Below, in pieces: positions 54,080-64,000 of a stretch of 64,000 bases of DNA. Below the pieces are notes generated by a model. That model saw only the letters and a list, made by a program, of their open reading frames with translations, did no database searches and had not been told where the DNA came from. This DNA comes from Hoeflea sp. (GTDB lineage Bacteria > Pseudomonadota > Alphaproteobacteria > Rhizobiales > Rhizobiaceae). A program made the position numbers and the translations under genes. The DNA lies in the NCBI RefSeq assembly GCF_965233445.1, contig NZ_OZ247491.1; one strand, 5' to 3'. Each line of letters opens with the position of its first letter. Position 1 is the stretch's first letter.

Positions 54080-55483
54080 ATGAGCCGTTTGCGTGCCATG
54101 TTGTCGACCACAGCCGTGCGGCTGTCGGCCCTTTATCTCGGCCTGTTCGCACTGTGCGCCGTGGCGCTGGTGTTCTATGTCACCTCGATTTCCGTCGGCA
54201 TGCAGCATGACCGGATCCAGAGGGTGATCGGCAGCGAGTTGCGCGTTGTGGCAGGCGCCTACCGCAACAATGGCATCACAGGTCTCGTCCGCGTGATCGA
54301 ACGCCGCGCCCGCCAGCCCGGCGCCAATCTGTACGCGATCGCCGCGCCGACCGGCGAACTGATCGCCGGCAACATCGCCGCGATCGCGCCCGGTGTGCTG
54401 GACAACGAGGGGTGGACAACCGCGCCGTTCCGCTATGAGCGCCTGGGTGAGAGCGCGGATGACGATCACCGCGCATTGGCGCAGATCGTGTTTCTTCCCA
54501 ACGGCATGCGGCTGATGGTCGGCCGCGACATCGGCGAGCGCGAACAGGTGCGCGGACTTGTCCGCCAGGCTCTGGTCACGGCGCTGGCGATCATGTTCGC
54601 CGGTGCGCTGGCGATCTGGTTTTTCGTCGGCCGCCGCGCTCTCAAGCGCATCGACCACATGTCCGAGGCCAGCAAGAAGATCATGGCGGGCGACCTGTCG
54701 CAGCGTCTGCCGGTCAACGGATCGGGCGACGAGTTCGACCGGTTGAGCCTGTCGCTCAATGCGATGCTCGGTCGCATCGAACGTTTGAACGAGGGCTTGA
54801 GGCAGGTCTCCGACAACATCGCCCATGATCTCAAGACGCCGCTCACACGGCTCAGGAACCGCGCCGAAGCGGCGCTCGCCGGTGGCGAGGACGCCGATAG
54901 CCACAGGCAGGCGCTCGAACAGATGATCGCGGACAGCGACCAGCTGATCCGTACGTTCAATGCGCTCCTGATGATCAGCCGCGTCGAGGCCGGGTCCTCG
55001 ACGGCGCAGATGAGCCTGGTCGACCTGTCCGGACTGGCACGCGATGCGGTTGAACTCTACGAGCCCGTTGCCGAAGACGCCGGCGTCCGCCTGAGAGCCG
55101 ACATCACGCCCGAACTGACCATCAACGGAAACCGGGAACTGCTGGCGCAATCGCTCTCGAACCTCATCGACAATGCGATCAAGTATGTCGGTGACGTTCC
55201 CGCGCCGGCCATCAAGGTCTCGCTTGTCCGTTCGGGCAACGAGCTCAGGCTTTCGGTGACCGACAATGGGCCCGGTGTCCCGGCCGATCGCCGCGAGGAT
55301 GTGGTCAAGCGCTTCGTGCGGCTCGACGAAAGCCGTTCAAAACCCGGTACCGGGCTCGGATTGAGCCTTGTTCAGGCTGTGGCGGCGCTGCATGGTGGGC
55401 GACTTGAACTCGAGGATGGCTCGACAGGCGCCGACTCCAGCCCGGGCTTGGCGGCGTCCATGGTCCTGCCAAGGGGAAAATGA
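54080..55483 (+). CDS. HAMP-domain sensor histidine kinase
   Basis: H-box AHDLKTPLTRL, N-box LSNLIDNAIKY, and G-boxes DNGPGV / GTGLGLS. Confidence 0.85.
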   Translation: MSRLRAMLSTTAVRLSALYLGLFALCAVALVFYVTSISVGMQHDRIQRVIGSELRVVAGAYRNNGITGLVRVIERRARQPGANLYAIAAPTGELIAGNIAAIAPGVLDNEGWTTAPFRYERLGESADDDHRALAQIVFLPNGMRLMVGRDIGEREQVRGLVRQALVTALAIMFAGALAIWFFVGRRALKRIDHMSEASKKIMAGDLSQRLPVNGSGDEFDRLSLSLNAMLGRIERLNEGLRQVSDNIAHDLKTPLTRLRNRAEAALAGGEDADSHRQALEQMIADSDQLIRTFNALLMISRVEAGSSTAQMSLVDLSGLARDAVELYEPVAEDAGVRLRADITPELTINGNRELLAQSLSNLIDNAIKYVGDVPAPAIKVSLVRSGNELRLSVTDNGPGVPADRREDVVKRFVRLDESRSKPGTGLGLSLVQAVAALHGGRLELEDGSTGADSSPGLAASMVLPRGK

Positions 55484-58400
55484 CCGATACACCATCGCAT
55501 CCAAGGCTGATCGATCTTGACCGCAATCCGATCGCCCCGCCTTCGGCGGCCGCAGCCAAGTCCGTTCTGGCCGATCTCAAGGGCCTCGTTGCGGACAGTC
55601 CTGAAATCGCCGAGTGCATCGCGCGCGACACCCCGGCACGCAGGTTCGTGACGGCGGCGCTGGCTCTTTCTCCCTATTTGCGCGACCTTGCACTGAGCGA
55701 TCCCGAAGCCCTCGGTCGCAGCCTGACCACACCGGTCGGAGATCTGGTTGTTGCGGAAATTGCAAAAGCCAGAGGCTGCTGGCGCCAGGCCGACGGCGCG
55801 CTTGCCGGCGAAGCCGAAGTGATGACGGCGCTTCGCCGCGCCAAGCGCCAGGTGGCGATGGCCGTCGCACTGGCTGACCTTGCCAGGGTCATCAGCTGTC
55901 ATGAGACCACCCGTTACCTCAGCGATCTGGCCGATGGCTGTCTGGGTGCGGCCTTCGACCACCTTCTGTCGACCGACCACGCCGCCGGCAAGTTCACCCT
56001 GCATGACCCCGACAATCCGGGGCAGGGCTCCGGCCTCGTCGTTCTGGGCATGGGCAAGCATGGCGCGGGCGAACTGAACTACTCGTCCGACATCGACATC
56101 GTCGTCTTCTTCGAAGCGGAAGCCGGCATCGTCCGCGATCCGCAGGAGGCGACCGACATCTTTGCCCGATTGGTTCGCCGGTTGGTCAGGATCATGCAGG
56201 AGCGGACCGGCGAGGGCTATGTGTTCCGGACGGATCTCAGGCTGAGACCCGATCCGGGCTCCACGCCGCTGGCCTTCCCGGTGGAGGCGGCGTTGAACTA
56301 CTACGAGAGCCGTGGTCAGAACTGGGAGCGTGCCGCCTTCATCAAGGCGCGACCGGTCGCAGGTGATCTCGCCGCCGGGGAGCGGTTCATCAAGGACCTG
56401 GTGCCTTTCGTCTTCCGCAAGTATCTCGATTTTGCCGCCATTTCCGACATTCACTCGATCAAGCGGCAGATCCATGCGCATCGCGGGTTCGGCGACATTG
56501 CGGTCAAGGGCCACAATGTGAAGCTTGGCCGCGGCGGCATTCGTGAAATCGAGTTTTTCGTCCAGACCCAGCAGCTGATCGCGGGCGGGCGCATGCCCAA
56601 GCTGCGGCTGCGCCGCACCGATGAAATGCTGGTGGCGCTGGCCCGCGCGCGCTGGATCGATCCTGCGACTGCGCGGACCATGGCCGAAAGCTACTGGTAT
56701 CTGCGCGACGTCGAACACCGCATACAGATGGTCCGCGACGAGCAGAGCCACACGCTGCCCGAAACCGAAGCCGAACTCGGCCGCATTGCCCTGATGATGG
56801 GTGAGCCGAACGCGAAGAGTTTCAGCAAGACCTATGCCGCCGTGCTCGTGCGGGTCGAGGAGTGCTACGCCGCGCTGTTCGAAAACGAAAACGGACTGTC
56901 GGGCGGAGTGGGCAACCTGGTCTTCACGGGAGAGGACGAGGATCCCGAAACGCTCAAGACCCTGTCGGAATTGGGGTTCGAGCGGCCCTCCGACATCGCA
57001 AGGATCATCCGGACCTGGCATTACGGTCGCTACCGGGCCACCCAGTCCGTCGAGGCGCGCGAACGCCTTACCGAACTCACGCCGGAACTCCTGCGTGTGT
57101 TTGGCGCAACGCGGCGTGCCGATGAAGCGTTGATCCGTTTCGACGCGTTCATTGCCGGGCTGCCGGCCGGCATCCAGCTGTTTTCTCTCATCGGCAACAA
57201 TCCGGGCCTGATGTCGCTGATGGTGACCATCATGGCCGCGGCGCCGAAGCTTGCGGACGTGATCGCGCGCAAGCCGCATGTGTTCGACGGAATGCTCGAT
57301 CCGGGGCTGATGGCCGAACTTCCGACCCGCAACTACCTTGCCGAGCGGCTGACCAGCTTCCTCGATGGTGCCAACGACTACGAGGAGGTGCTGGACCGGC
57401 TCAGGATCGTAGCCCTTGAGCAGAAGTTCCTGATCGGTGTGCGGCTTCTCACCGGCGCCATTGCACCCGAACGCGCCGCAAGAGCCTTCTCCCACCTGGC
57501 GGACCTGATCATCGGTGCCGCGCTCGACGCGGTGATAGCGGGCATGGAGGAGGCCCATGGCCGCTTGCCGGGCGGGCGTGTGGCGGTCTTGGGCATGGGC
57601 AAGCTGGGCAGCCGCGAACTCACCGCCGGTTCGGATGTCGATATCATCCTGCTTTACGATCACGATGCCGATGGCGACGAGTCGGATGGCGCCAGGCCGC
57701 TCGATCCGGCACGGTACTACGCGCGCATGACCCAGCGTTTGATCGCGGCCCTGTCCGCGCCGACCGCGGAAGGCATCCTCTACGAAGTCGATTTGCGCCT
57801 GCGGCCCTCAGGCAACAAGGGGCCCGTCGCTACCTCCGTGCGCGCCTTCCGGAAATACCAGACGGAAGACGCCTGGACCTGGGAGCACATGGCGCTGACG
57901 CGTGCACGGCCCGTGGCAGGGGACGAGAGCCTGTGTGCCGCCGCTCGCGACCTCATCGACGAAGTGCTGGCGCGGCCGCGCGACGGCGCGAAACTGCGCG
58001 CAGACCTTGTCGAGATGCGTGACCTCATCGAACAGGAAAAGCCGCCACGCGACATCTACGACGTCAAGCTCATCCCGGGCGGCCTGATCGACATCGAGTT
58101 CATCGCCCAGATGCTTTCGCTCGAGGCGCGCGCCGATGGCTGGCTGCCCGGTCCCGACGACGACGGCGAATCCGCCGATGACGAGGCGACAATGATCAGT
58201 CCGGCCTCTTCGGCCATGGAACCTGAATACAACCAATGCACCGGAACGGATGCAATCCTGGCACGGCTCGGACCGGACATCCTGGGCCTGGAAGACACCG
58301 AGACACTGCGGCGGGCCTTGGCGCTCTGGAGCGGGCATGCCCAGATCGTTCGGCTTTGCGCCGAGGGAGATTTTGCGCCGCGCGAGGCGCCTGCCGGGTT

Positions 58401-58512
58401 GATCGAACTGGTGCTTCGCGCGGGCGAGGCGCCGGACCTGAAGAGCCTTGAGGCCGACTTCAAGGCGACCTCAAGGAAGGTGCGCGCGTTGTTCAAGACG
58501 CTGACGTCCTGA
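55480..58512 (+). CDS. glnE: Bifunctional glutamine synthetase adenylyltransferase/adenylyl-removing enzyme
   Basis: About 1000 aa with two nucleotidyltransferase halves (GKHGAGELNYSSDIDIV and GKLGSRELTAGSDVDII). Confidence 0.9.
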   Translation: MTDTPSHPRLIDLDRNPIAPPSAAAAKSVLADLKGLVADSPEIAECIARDTPARRFVTAALALSPYLRDLALSDPEALGRSLTTPVGDLVVAEIAKARGCWRQADGALAGEAEVMTALRRAKRQVAMAVALADLARVISCHETTRYLSDLADGCLGAAFDHLLSTDHAAGKFTLHDPDNPGQGSGLVVLGMGKHGAGELNYSSDIDIVVFFEAEAGIVRDPQEATDIFARLVRRLVRIMQERTGEGYVFRTDLRLRPDPGSTPLAFPVEAALNYYESRGQNWERAAFIKARPVAGDLAAGERFIKDLVPFVFRKYLDFAAISDIHSIKRQIHAHRGFGDIAVKGHNVKLGRGGIREIEFFVQTQQLIAGGRMPKLRLRRTDEMLVALARARWIDPATARTMAESYWYLRDVEHRIQMVRDEQSHTLPETEAELGRIALMMGEPNAKSFSKTYAAVLVRVEECYAALFENENGLSGGVGNLVFTGEDEDPETLKTLSELGFERPSDIARIIRTWHYGRYRATQSVEARERLTELTPELLRVFGATRRADEALIRFDAFIAGLPAGIQLFSLIGNNPGLMSLMVTIMAAAPKLADVIARKPHVFDGMLDPGLMAELPTRNYLAERLTSFLDGANDYEEVLDRLRIVALEQKFLIGVRLLTGAIAPERAARAFSHLADLIIGAALDAVIAGMEEAHGRLPGGRVAVLGMGKLGSRELTAGSDVDIILLYDHDADGDESDGARPLDPARYYARMTQRLIAALSAPTAEGILYEVDLRLRPSGNKGPVATSVRAFRKYQTEDAWTWEHMALTRARPVAGDESLCAAARDLIDEVLARPRDGAKLRADLVEMRDLIEQEKPPRDIYDVKLIPGGLIDIEFIAQMLSLEARADGWLPGPDDDGESADDEATMISPASSAMEPEYNQCTGTDAILARLGPDILGLEDTETLRRALALWSGHAQIVRLCAEGDFAPREAPAGLIELVLRAGEAPDLKSLEADFKATSRKVRALFKTLTS

Positions 58513-58529
58513 CGCCGGAAAGCGCGGTC

Positions 58530-58700
58530 TTGTCAGACAAGCGCGAGCTGGCCGATGCAGTGGCCGAGGTCAACTCCGCGATCAACCACATGGACCGGAT
58601 GACCCGGCAGAATGCGGCAATGGTCGGGGAGACGAGCGCGGCAAGCCTCACCCTGAACCGGGAAAGCAACCAGCTTAGCGGAATGCTGCGCAAGGTCCGG
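58530..58700 (+). pseudogene. C-terminal fragment of a methyl-accepting chemotaxis protein
   Basis: VAEVNSAINHMDRMTRQNAAMVGETSAASLTLNRESNQLSGML matches only the MCP signalling-domain end. There is no upstream MCP body. Confidence 0.5.
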
Positions 58701-59366
58701 CATCGCTCGTCTCATCCGCACTCGACGGCGGCACAGCGCGCGAGCCTGACACTCGCGAGACATCCTCATGATCCCGCGCTTGCCCGGTGTGGCAGGCGCA
58801 GGATTTTCATTCGGTGGCGAGATGCCACCGCCAGCCAATCCGAAACAAGGTTAGAACCAGGGTCCCGAGTCCCATCGGCGCGTGGAGCCAGGGCCGCGTC
58901 GACCTGAGGCCGCATCCGCGGCACTTTCTGCCGGAAGGCCGTAGGCGAACAAGCAGACGACCCGGGCTCTTTCCGCTCCGGCGCGGTCATCAAGGCGCGC
59001 GCCACCGGAACGACGCTCCGCGGGGAGGCGCAGTCCCCGGGAGCGTGAAGATCTCTGGTCGGAGCTGATTGGCGAAAGGAAAACGTCAGCCGGCATCCTT
59101 TCAACATGTTTGCGATCCATGTAGCGTTTGCCGATTGCAGTGACGCCTTTGAAGGCAACCCTGACGTCAGTCAGCCTTCCGGCCTCCTTGTCGCTGTGTT
59201 TTGTCGGATCCGCAATTTGCCGTGCCGATCATAGCCGATGTTAATGCGAAGGATCGTCTGATGATGTACCTGCTGCTCAAATGTCAGCTTTGGCTGAAGG
59301 ATCCCGGTCAGATCTCCGGGGCTCGAGGCAATCAGTGTGCGATAAGCATTACATGGAAATGTTTAC

Positions 59367-59816
59367 ATGGCAACTAAAAAGCCGCTAACCCGGACAAGGG
59401 CGCTTGGGCGGGTGCTCAATTTCGCGGCCGGCGCATCGACGGCGATGTGTCAGGAGATGCTCTCCGAACATGGCCTGACGCTCGCGCAATGGGTGATCCT
59501 GTCGGCGTTATGGCGGCAGAACGGAATGCTGATCAACGAGATCGCCGACTACTCGGGCAACAACGCCCCTGCGGCGTCACGAATTGTCGACAGGATGGAG
59601 GAATCGGGGCTTGTCCGGCGTGTTCCCTCCGAGAGCGACAAGCGTGTCGTTCTCGTCTGTCTGACCGATCGGGGGCGCAGCTACGAGTACCTGAGCGATT
59701 TTTACGAGCAGGTGAATGCGAAACTGCTCAAGGGACTGAGCGAGGCGGAGGCCGATCAACTGTTCGAGCTTCTCGCAAGGGTCGACGCCAACGCGCGGGC
59801 GCGCGGGCCGGGCTGA
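59367..59816 (+). CDS. MarR family transcriptional regulator
   Basis: LTLAQWVILSALWRQNGMLINEIADYSGNNAPAASRIVDRMEESGLVRR. Confidence 0.85.
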   Translation: MATKKPLTRTRALGRVLNFAAGASTAMCQEMLSEHGLTLAQWVILSALWRQNGMLINEIADYSGNNAPAASRIVDRMEESGLVRRVPSESDKRVVLVCLTDRGRSYEYLSDFYEQVNAKLLKGLSEAEADQLFELLARVDANARARGPG

Positions 59817-60081
59817 TCGATCGGCGCCGATGTGCGCGGCGCGGTTTTGGGCTCATCGTGCGGGTACCGCCCGAGGCAACCCTCACCCGGTCGGCAGGTG
59901 ATGTTGCCGCTATCCATTGCGGTGCAACTCTGGCCCAATGGGGCGAGGGAACCTTTGCGCGGTCCGTGCGTTTGGAGAGTTCCTCCGATCATGATCGTAT
60001 AGGATCTGGGCGCGGCCGGTGAATCCGGCGGCGGACATTGCTTCCGACCTGCAACAGACTTCAAACCGATGGATCTCAGCC

Positions 60082-61137
60082 ATGCGCCGCTATGCCTGTC
60101 CAAACTGCTCCAATGAAGTGCATTTCCGCAACAGCGAGTGCGTCAATTGCCATTCGAGACTGGGCTATGTGCCCGCATGGGACCAGATGTTCTTTGCCGC
60201 GCCGGGCGATATCAAGTGGCATGACGGCGCGAGCGCCTACAAGGCATGTGCAAACCGGCAATCGATTCATTGCAACTGGCTGGTCGAGGACGAGGACCCC
60301 GAAGATTGTTGCCTGAGTTGCCGGCACACGCTGATCATCCCCGATCTCTCAGCGCCGGAAAATCGCGATCACTGGGCCTCGCTCGAGGAAGCCAAGCGCA
60401 GGCTTTTCTATTCGTTGGAGAAGTTCCGGCTGAAGGTGGGCGATCTGTCTGTCCAGCCGGACACCGCCTTGCGTTTTGAGTTCAAGGCCGACGTCCTGTC
60501 TGCGGACGGCAAGACCAAGCGGGTCCTCACGGGTCACGCCAACGGTCTGATCACCATCAATGTGGCAGAGGCCGACGATCCCACCCGGGAGAAATACCGC
60601 AAGGCAATGGGTGAGCCTTATCGCACCCTGATCGGTCATTTCCGTCACGAGGTTGGCCATTACTACTGGGATCATCTCGTTTCGAACACACCCAAGCTCG
60701 AGGCCTATCGCAAGATCTTCGGCGATGAACGCGAGGACTACGGCGAAGCGCTCAAGCGCCATTACGACCAAGGGGCGCCGAGTGGCTGGGAGGCCACGCA
60801 TGTGAGCTCCTATGCCTGCGCCCATTCCTGGGAGGATTTCGCCGAGACCTGGGCGCACTACTTCCATATCGTCGACGGACTGGAGACCGCTGGATGGTAC
60901 GGGCTGGATGGGCATACGCCCGATACCGGTCTCAATCGAACCCCGGGTGGCTGGTCTGATGCCGGACCCTACGGCGCCGCCGAATTCGAGCCCCTGATGC
61001 AGGCCTGGGTGCCGCTGACGGTGGCGATGAACGCCATGAACCGGTCAATCGGTCTTGGAGATTTCTATCCCTTCGTGCTTTCCGACACGATCTTTGCAAA
61101 GCTCGAATTCATCCACGGGCTCATCCACGACCGTTGA
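60082..61137 (+). CDS. Zinc-ribbon + putative zinc metallopeptidase family protein
   Basis: N-terminal CPNC...CVNC zinc ribbon and an HEVGHYYWD (HExxH) motif. Confidence 0.7.
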   Translation: MRRYACPNCSNEVHFRNSECVNCHSRLGYVPAWDQMFFAAPGDIKWHDGASAYKACANRQSIHCNWLVEDEDPEDCCLSCRHTLIIPDLSAPENRDHWASLEEAKRRLFYSLEKFRLKVGDLSVQPDTALRFEFKADVLSADGKTKRVLTGHANGLITINVAEADDPTREKYRKAMGEPYRTLIGHFRHEVGHYYWDHLVSNTPKLEAYRKIFGDEREDYGEALKRHYDQGAPSGWEATHVSSYACAHSWEDFAETWAHYFHIVDGLETAGWYGLDGHTPDTGLNRTPGGWSDAGPYGAAEFEPLMQAWVPLTVAMNAMNRSIGLGDFYPFVLSDTIFAKLEFIHGLIHDR

Positions 61138-61211
61138 GCACTGCCCGGTTTGCCACCGGCAAGATACGGCGCGAAATCGAACCTTGAGTGCGGCGCAGGG
61201 CAGGGGCGAAA

Positions 61212-63557
61212 CTACTCCGCGGCCAGCCTGCCGCCATCGGGACAGTCGAGTGGAAGACGGATGCTGACAATGGTTCCTTTGCCCTCGATCGAATGAACCC
61301 TCATCGATCCGCCGTGCAATTCCGCCAGGCTGCGCGAAATCGCCAGGCCGAGCCCCGAGCCTCCGGTTGATTTCGAGAACTGGTTCTGGACCTGCTCGAA
61401 GGGCTGGCCGATCCGCGAAAGAAGCTCTTTCGGAATGCCGATCCCGGTATCCCGTATGGTCAGCGTCGCAGCGCACGAGGTTTGCCGCGCCCGCACCAGG
61501 ATATGCCCTCCCGGCTCGGTGAATTTCACTGCATTTGACAGCAGGTTGAGCAGGATCTGCTTCATCGCCCGGCGGTCGGCATGGAGCGACAGGCTCGACG
61601 AGATGCGCTGCTGAACCTCAATGTCCTTTTGCTTGGCCTGGATCGCGACCAGCCGCAATGTCTCTTCCAGCAACGGTGCGAGATCGATTTTCTCGCAGTC
61701 GATCTGCATCTGGCCGGCTTCGATCTTGGCCATGTCGAGGATGTCGTTGATCACAGTGAGCAGGTGAATGCCGGAATTGTGGATGTCGTCGGCATATTCA
61801 CCGTACTTCTCCGATCCGAGCGGACCGAACATGCGCGCCTGCAGGACCTCCGAAAATCCGATGATCGCATTTAGGGGCGTTCTCAGTTCGTGGCTCATGT
61901 TGGCGAGGAATTCGGACTTGGCGCGGCTCGCGGCTTCGGCGCGCCTGGTCTCGATCTGGTAGTCGTGGTTCAGTTCGGATAGTTCGGCAGCCTTGCGCTT
62001 GAGTTCGTTCTGGGACGAGGTCAGATCGCCAATGGTCGCCATCAGCCGCTTTTCGCTTTCGCGCAGACGGTCCTGATTGCGCTTGAGCTGGGTGATGTCG
62101 GTGCCGACCGAAACCTGCCCGCCGTCGCGGGTCTGACGTTCATTGATCTGCAGCCAGCGACCGTCGCCAAGCTGGACCTCGAAGGTCTGCGCGGAGCCAG
62201 ACGCGCAGGGCGCGGCCAGCCGCCGTTCGACAACCGGACGCGTTGCCGCGCTCTCGACCACTTCGCGCGGCGTGCCCGGTGCGAGGATGTCTGCCGGAAG
62301 ACCGTGGATTTCCTGATAGTGCTTGTTCCAGAGCACCAGGGCGTCGTCCTTGTCCCACAGGACGAAGGCTTCGGAGGTGCTTTCGATGGCGTCGAACAGC
62401 CGCTGGTCGGCTTCGACCGTGCGCTGCTGCAGCCGGTGCTGTTCGGTCACGTCCATCGCGATGCCGATCAGGTGCGTTTCCGCCGATGTCGGATCCACAA
62501 CCTGCGCCCGCGCCCGCATCCACAGATAATGGCCGTCGGCATGGCGCATGCGGAACAGGTGGTCGACCTGCTTGATGTCGCCGGATGCCACCTTGCGGGC
62601 AATCTCGTACAGGTCGCCGTCATCGGGGTGGACCAGATGTGACGCCTCGCCAAAGGAAATGACGCTGTCGCGTGGCTTGAGCCCCAGGATCTCGTACATC
62701 GACCGCGACCAGTACAGCCGCCCGCGCGCCATGTCCCAGTCCCAAAGGCCGCATCGCCCGCGTGAGAGCGCCATGTCCACGCGGCGCTGGCTCTCGTTGT
62801 AGATGCCGTCAGCCTCCTGGGCGCGTCCGGCCTGGCTGAAATAGGCATAGAGAATGACCAGAAGAATGGAGGAGGTCGCAATGAACAGCGTCACATTCAC
62901 CGACACGGATTGCCGCCACGCCTCGTTCGGCCCCGATACGGGCGTCAGCGCCAACAGCGAACCGGCGCCTTCCGGCAGGCGGGCGAGCGCTGCCATGCTC
63001 TCTTCCCCGTCGAATTCGATCGATTGGACCCCGGCACGCTCGCCAAACAGCCAAAGCGGCGAGGCTTCGGAGATCAGGCTGGAAAGCCGTTTGCCCACCA
63101 GGTGATGCCCGCCCGCAGTCGCGGCGAAGACACGTTCGTCCGAGCCGATGACCAGAAGGTAACGGCCCTGGTTGTTGGGGATGGCGCCGAGGGCACGGTT
63201 GATCCTGGCTTCGGTCTCCCAGCGCTGCAGGCGGGTGACGGATCCGAGGTCGGTGGACAGGGCGGCCGATGCGGCGGCGAGCGACAGCGCCGTCATCTGT
63301 TCCGCGGCGAAGAGGAGGCGGTCCCTGTTGTCGGTGATGTTGAGGTAGCGTGCGGTCGCCACGACGATCAGGAAGGCGACGATGAGCACCGGAATGAGGC
63401 GTTTCAGGAAAGGTTCCGCACCGGCCAACTGACCGTAGGCGGGCTGTGCAAACAGCTTGGCGTGGCCGGACAATCCGTTCCCGCGCATCCCCTTCAGGTC
63501 CGTATTTTGAGCATGAAGCGACCGTTCGGCCGCAGGTACGAACTGCGCATCCGCCAT
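61212..63557 (-). CDS. PAS-domain cell-cycle-type sensor histidine kinase (PleC-like by synteny with glnE)
   Basis: H-box SHELRTPLNAIIGFSEVL, N-box LLNLLSNAVKFT, and G-boxes DTGIGI / GSGLGLAIS. Two PAS-like regions, 781 aa. Confidence 0.75.
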   Translation of the reverse strand: MADAQFVPAAERSLHAQNTDLKGMRGNGLSGHAKLFAQPAYGQLAGAEPFLKRLIPVLIVAFLIVVATARYLNITDNRDRLLFAAEQMTALSLAAASAALSTDLGSVTRLQRWETEARINRALGAIPNNQGRYLLVIGSDERVFAATAGGHHLVGKRLSSLISEASPLWLFGERAGVQSIEFDGEESMAALARLPEGAGSLLALTPVSGPNEAWRQSVSVNVTLFIATSSILLVILYAYFSQAGRAQEADGIYNESQRRVDMALSRGRCGLWDWDMARGRLYWSRSMYEILGLKPRDSVISFGEASHLVHPDDGDLYEIARKVASGDIKQVDHLFRMRHADGHYLWMRARAQVVDPTSAETHLIGIAMDVTEQHRLQQRTVEADQRLFDAIESTSEAFVLWDKDDALVLWNKHYQEIHGLPADILAPGTPREVVESAATRPVVERRLAAPCASGSAQTFEVQLGDGRWLQINERQTRDGGQVSVGTDITQLKRNQDRLRESEKRLMATIGDLTSSQNELKRKAAELSELNHDYQIETRRAEAASRAKSEFLANMSHELRTPLNAIIGFSEVLQARMFGPLGSEKYGEYADDIHNSGIHLLTVINDILDMAKIEAGQMQIDCEKIDLAPLLEETLRLVAIQAKQKDIEVQQRISSSLSLHADRRAMKQILLNLLSNAVKFTEPGGHILVRARQTSCAATLTIRDTGIGIPKELLSRIGQPFEQVQNQFSKSTGGSGLGLAISRSLAELHGGSMRVHSIEGKGTIVSIRLPLDCPDGGRLAAE

Positions 63558-63827
63558 AATTTCTGTATGTCCCCGTTGGGATCCGGACTACCGCATCTCC
63601 GAATCTAACCTAATGAATCAAAGGTGATTCGCCTTGTCCAGTCCCAAATGAAAGCATTTGTTAAGAAATTGAGATCACAGCGTTTTTGACGGAATCGAGT
63701 CGCCTGGTTGGTGGTCGCCCCGGCACCGAGGGCGCAAATCGAACCAAATCACCCCGCTCGCGGCTGCAAACGGGGTGATCCTTTTTACGTGGCGCAGGCT
63801 GCGCCGGTGGTCCTGTGTGCCGGTTCG

Positions 63828-64000
63828 TCAGCCCGCGAGCATGCGGTCGACGATGTCGCTGACATCGGCGGACAAATTGCCCGCATCACGAATGGACACC
63901 AGCGCCAGGCGCGCCTGATCCTGCCGGCCGGGCTCGAGCGACCGCCAGGACCGCATCGCGGTCAGCAGCCGTGCCGCCAGTTGCGGATTGCGCTTGTCGA
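63828..64000 (-). CDS. pepN: Aminopeptidase N C-terminus (3' partial; the rest lies outside the window)
   Basis: The reverse-strand frame reads ...KRNPQLAARLLTAMRSWRSLEPGRQDQARLALVSIRDAGNLSADVSDIVDRMLAG*, which resembles the PepN C-terminal region. Confidence 0.45.
   Translation of the reverse strand, partial: DKRNPQLAARLLTAMRSWRSLEPGRQDQARLALVSIRDAGNLSADVSDIVDRMLAG

Noticed and set aside
63700-63790. Hairpin ATCACCCCG...CGGGGTGAT with flanking T-runs between the pleC-like gene and pepN
   Set aside because: It probably serves as the pepN terminator on the minus strand, but the T-tract on that side is weak (TTTGG). The better T-tract is on the + strand, where no gene ends. That is too ambiguous to annotate.

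Overview
This is a high-GC alphaproteobacterial chromosome segment with Rhizobiales-like gene content and synteny.

**1-16.7 kb, housekeeping:** mucR (5' partial), a DnaA-domain-IV-like/DUF6456 pair, sufE, a phzF-like gene, a PAS histidine kinase, several DUF proteins, a lysE/tetR region, a class A PBP, ycgN and a DUF1328 gene.

**42-64 kb, housekeeping:** a feuN/feuP/feuQ-like module, ccmI-E-F-H (cycHJKL), an alpha/beta-hydrolase-OsmC fusion, degP, a second OmpR/HK pair, glnE, marR, a Zn-peptidase, a pleC-like kinase and pepN (3' partial).

**26.5-41.7 kb:** a complete RcGTA-type gene transfer agent head-tail cluster, running from terminase to the megatron-like host-specificity protein. It has no integrase, replication or regulatory genes.

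**16.7-26.1 kb, the unusual part:** a visibly AT-richer accessory island sits between the DUF1328 terminator and the GTA cluster.
- It starts with a HicB(DUF1902)/HicA pair, followed by four directly abutting IS1595-family units, one of them truncated.
- Each complete unit is bounded by unit-specific 25-27 bp inverted repeats.
- The units are joined through 42-bp AT-rich palindromes with an invariant AAATAA spacer.
- Every unit carries the same cargo layout. It has a small 'EIEITPEMIEAG'-type protein and a variable effector, which is R-x4-H HEPN-like in three units and of unknown type in one. It also has a small K/R-rich '..LRR.LKTPP.P..' protein whose start is divergent from the effector start and overlaps it in a CATG in three units.

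All domain assignments come from motif recognition by eye; no searches were run.
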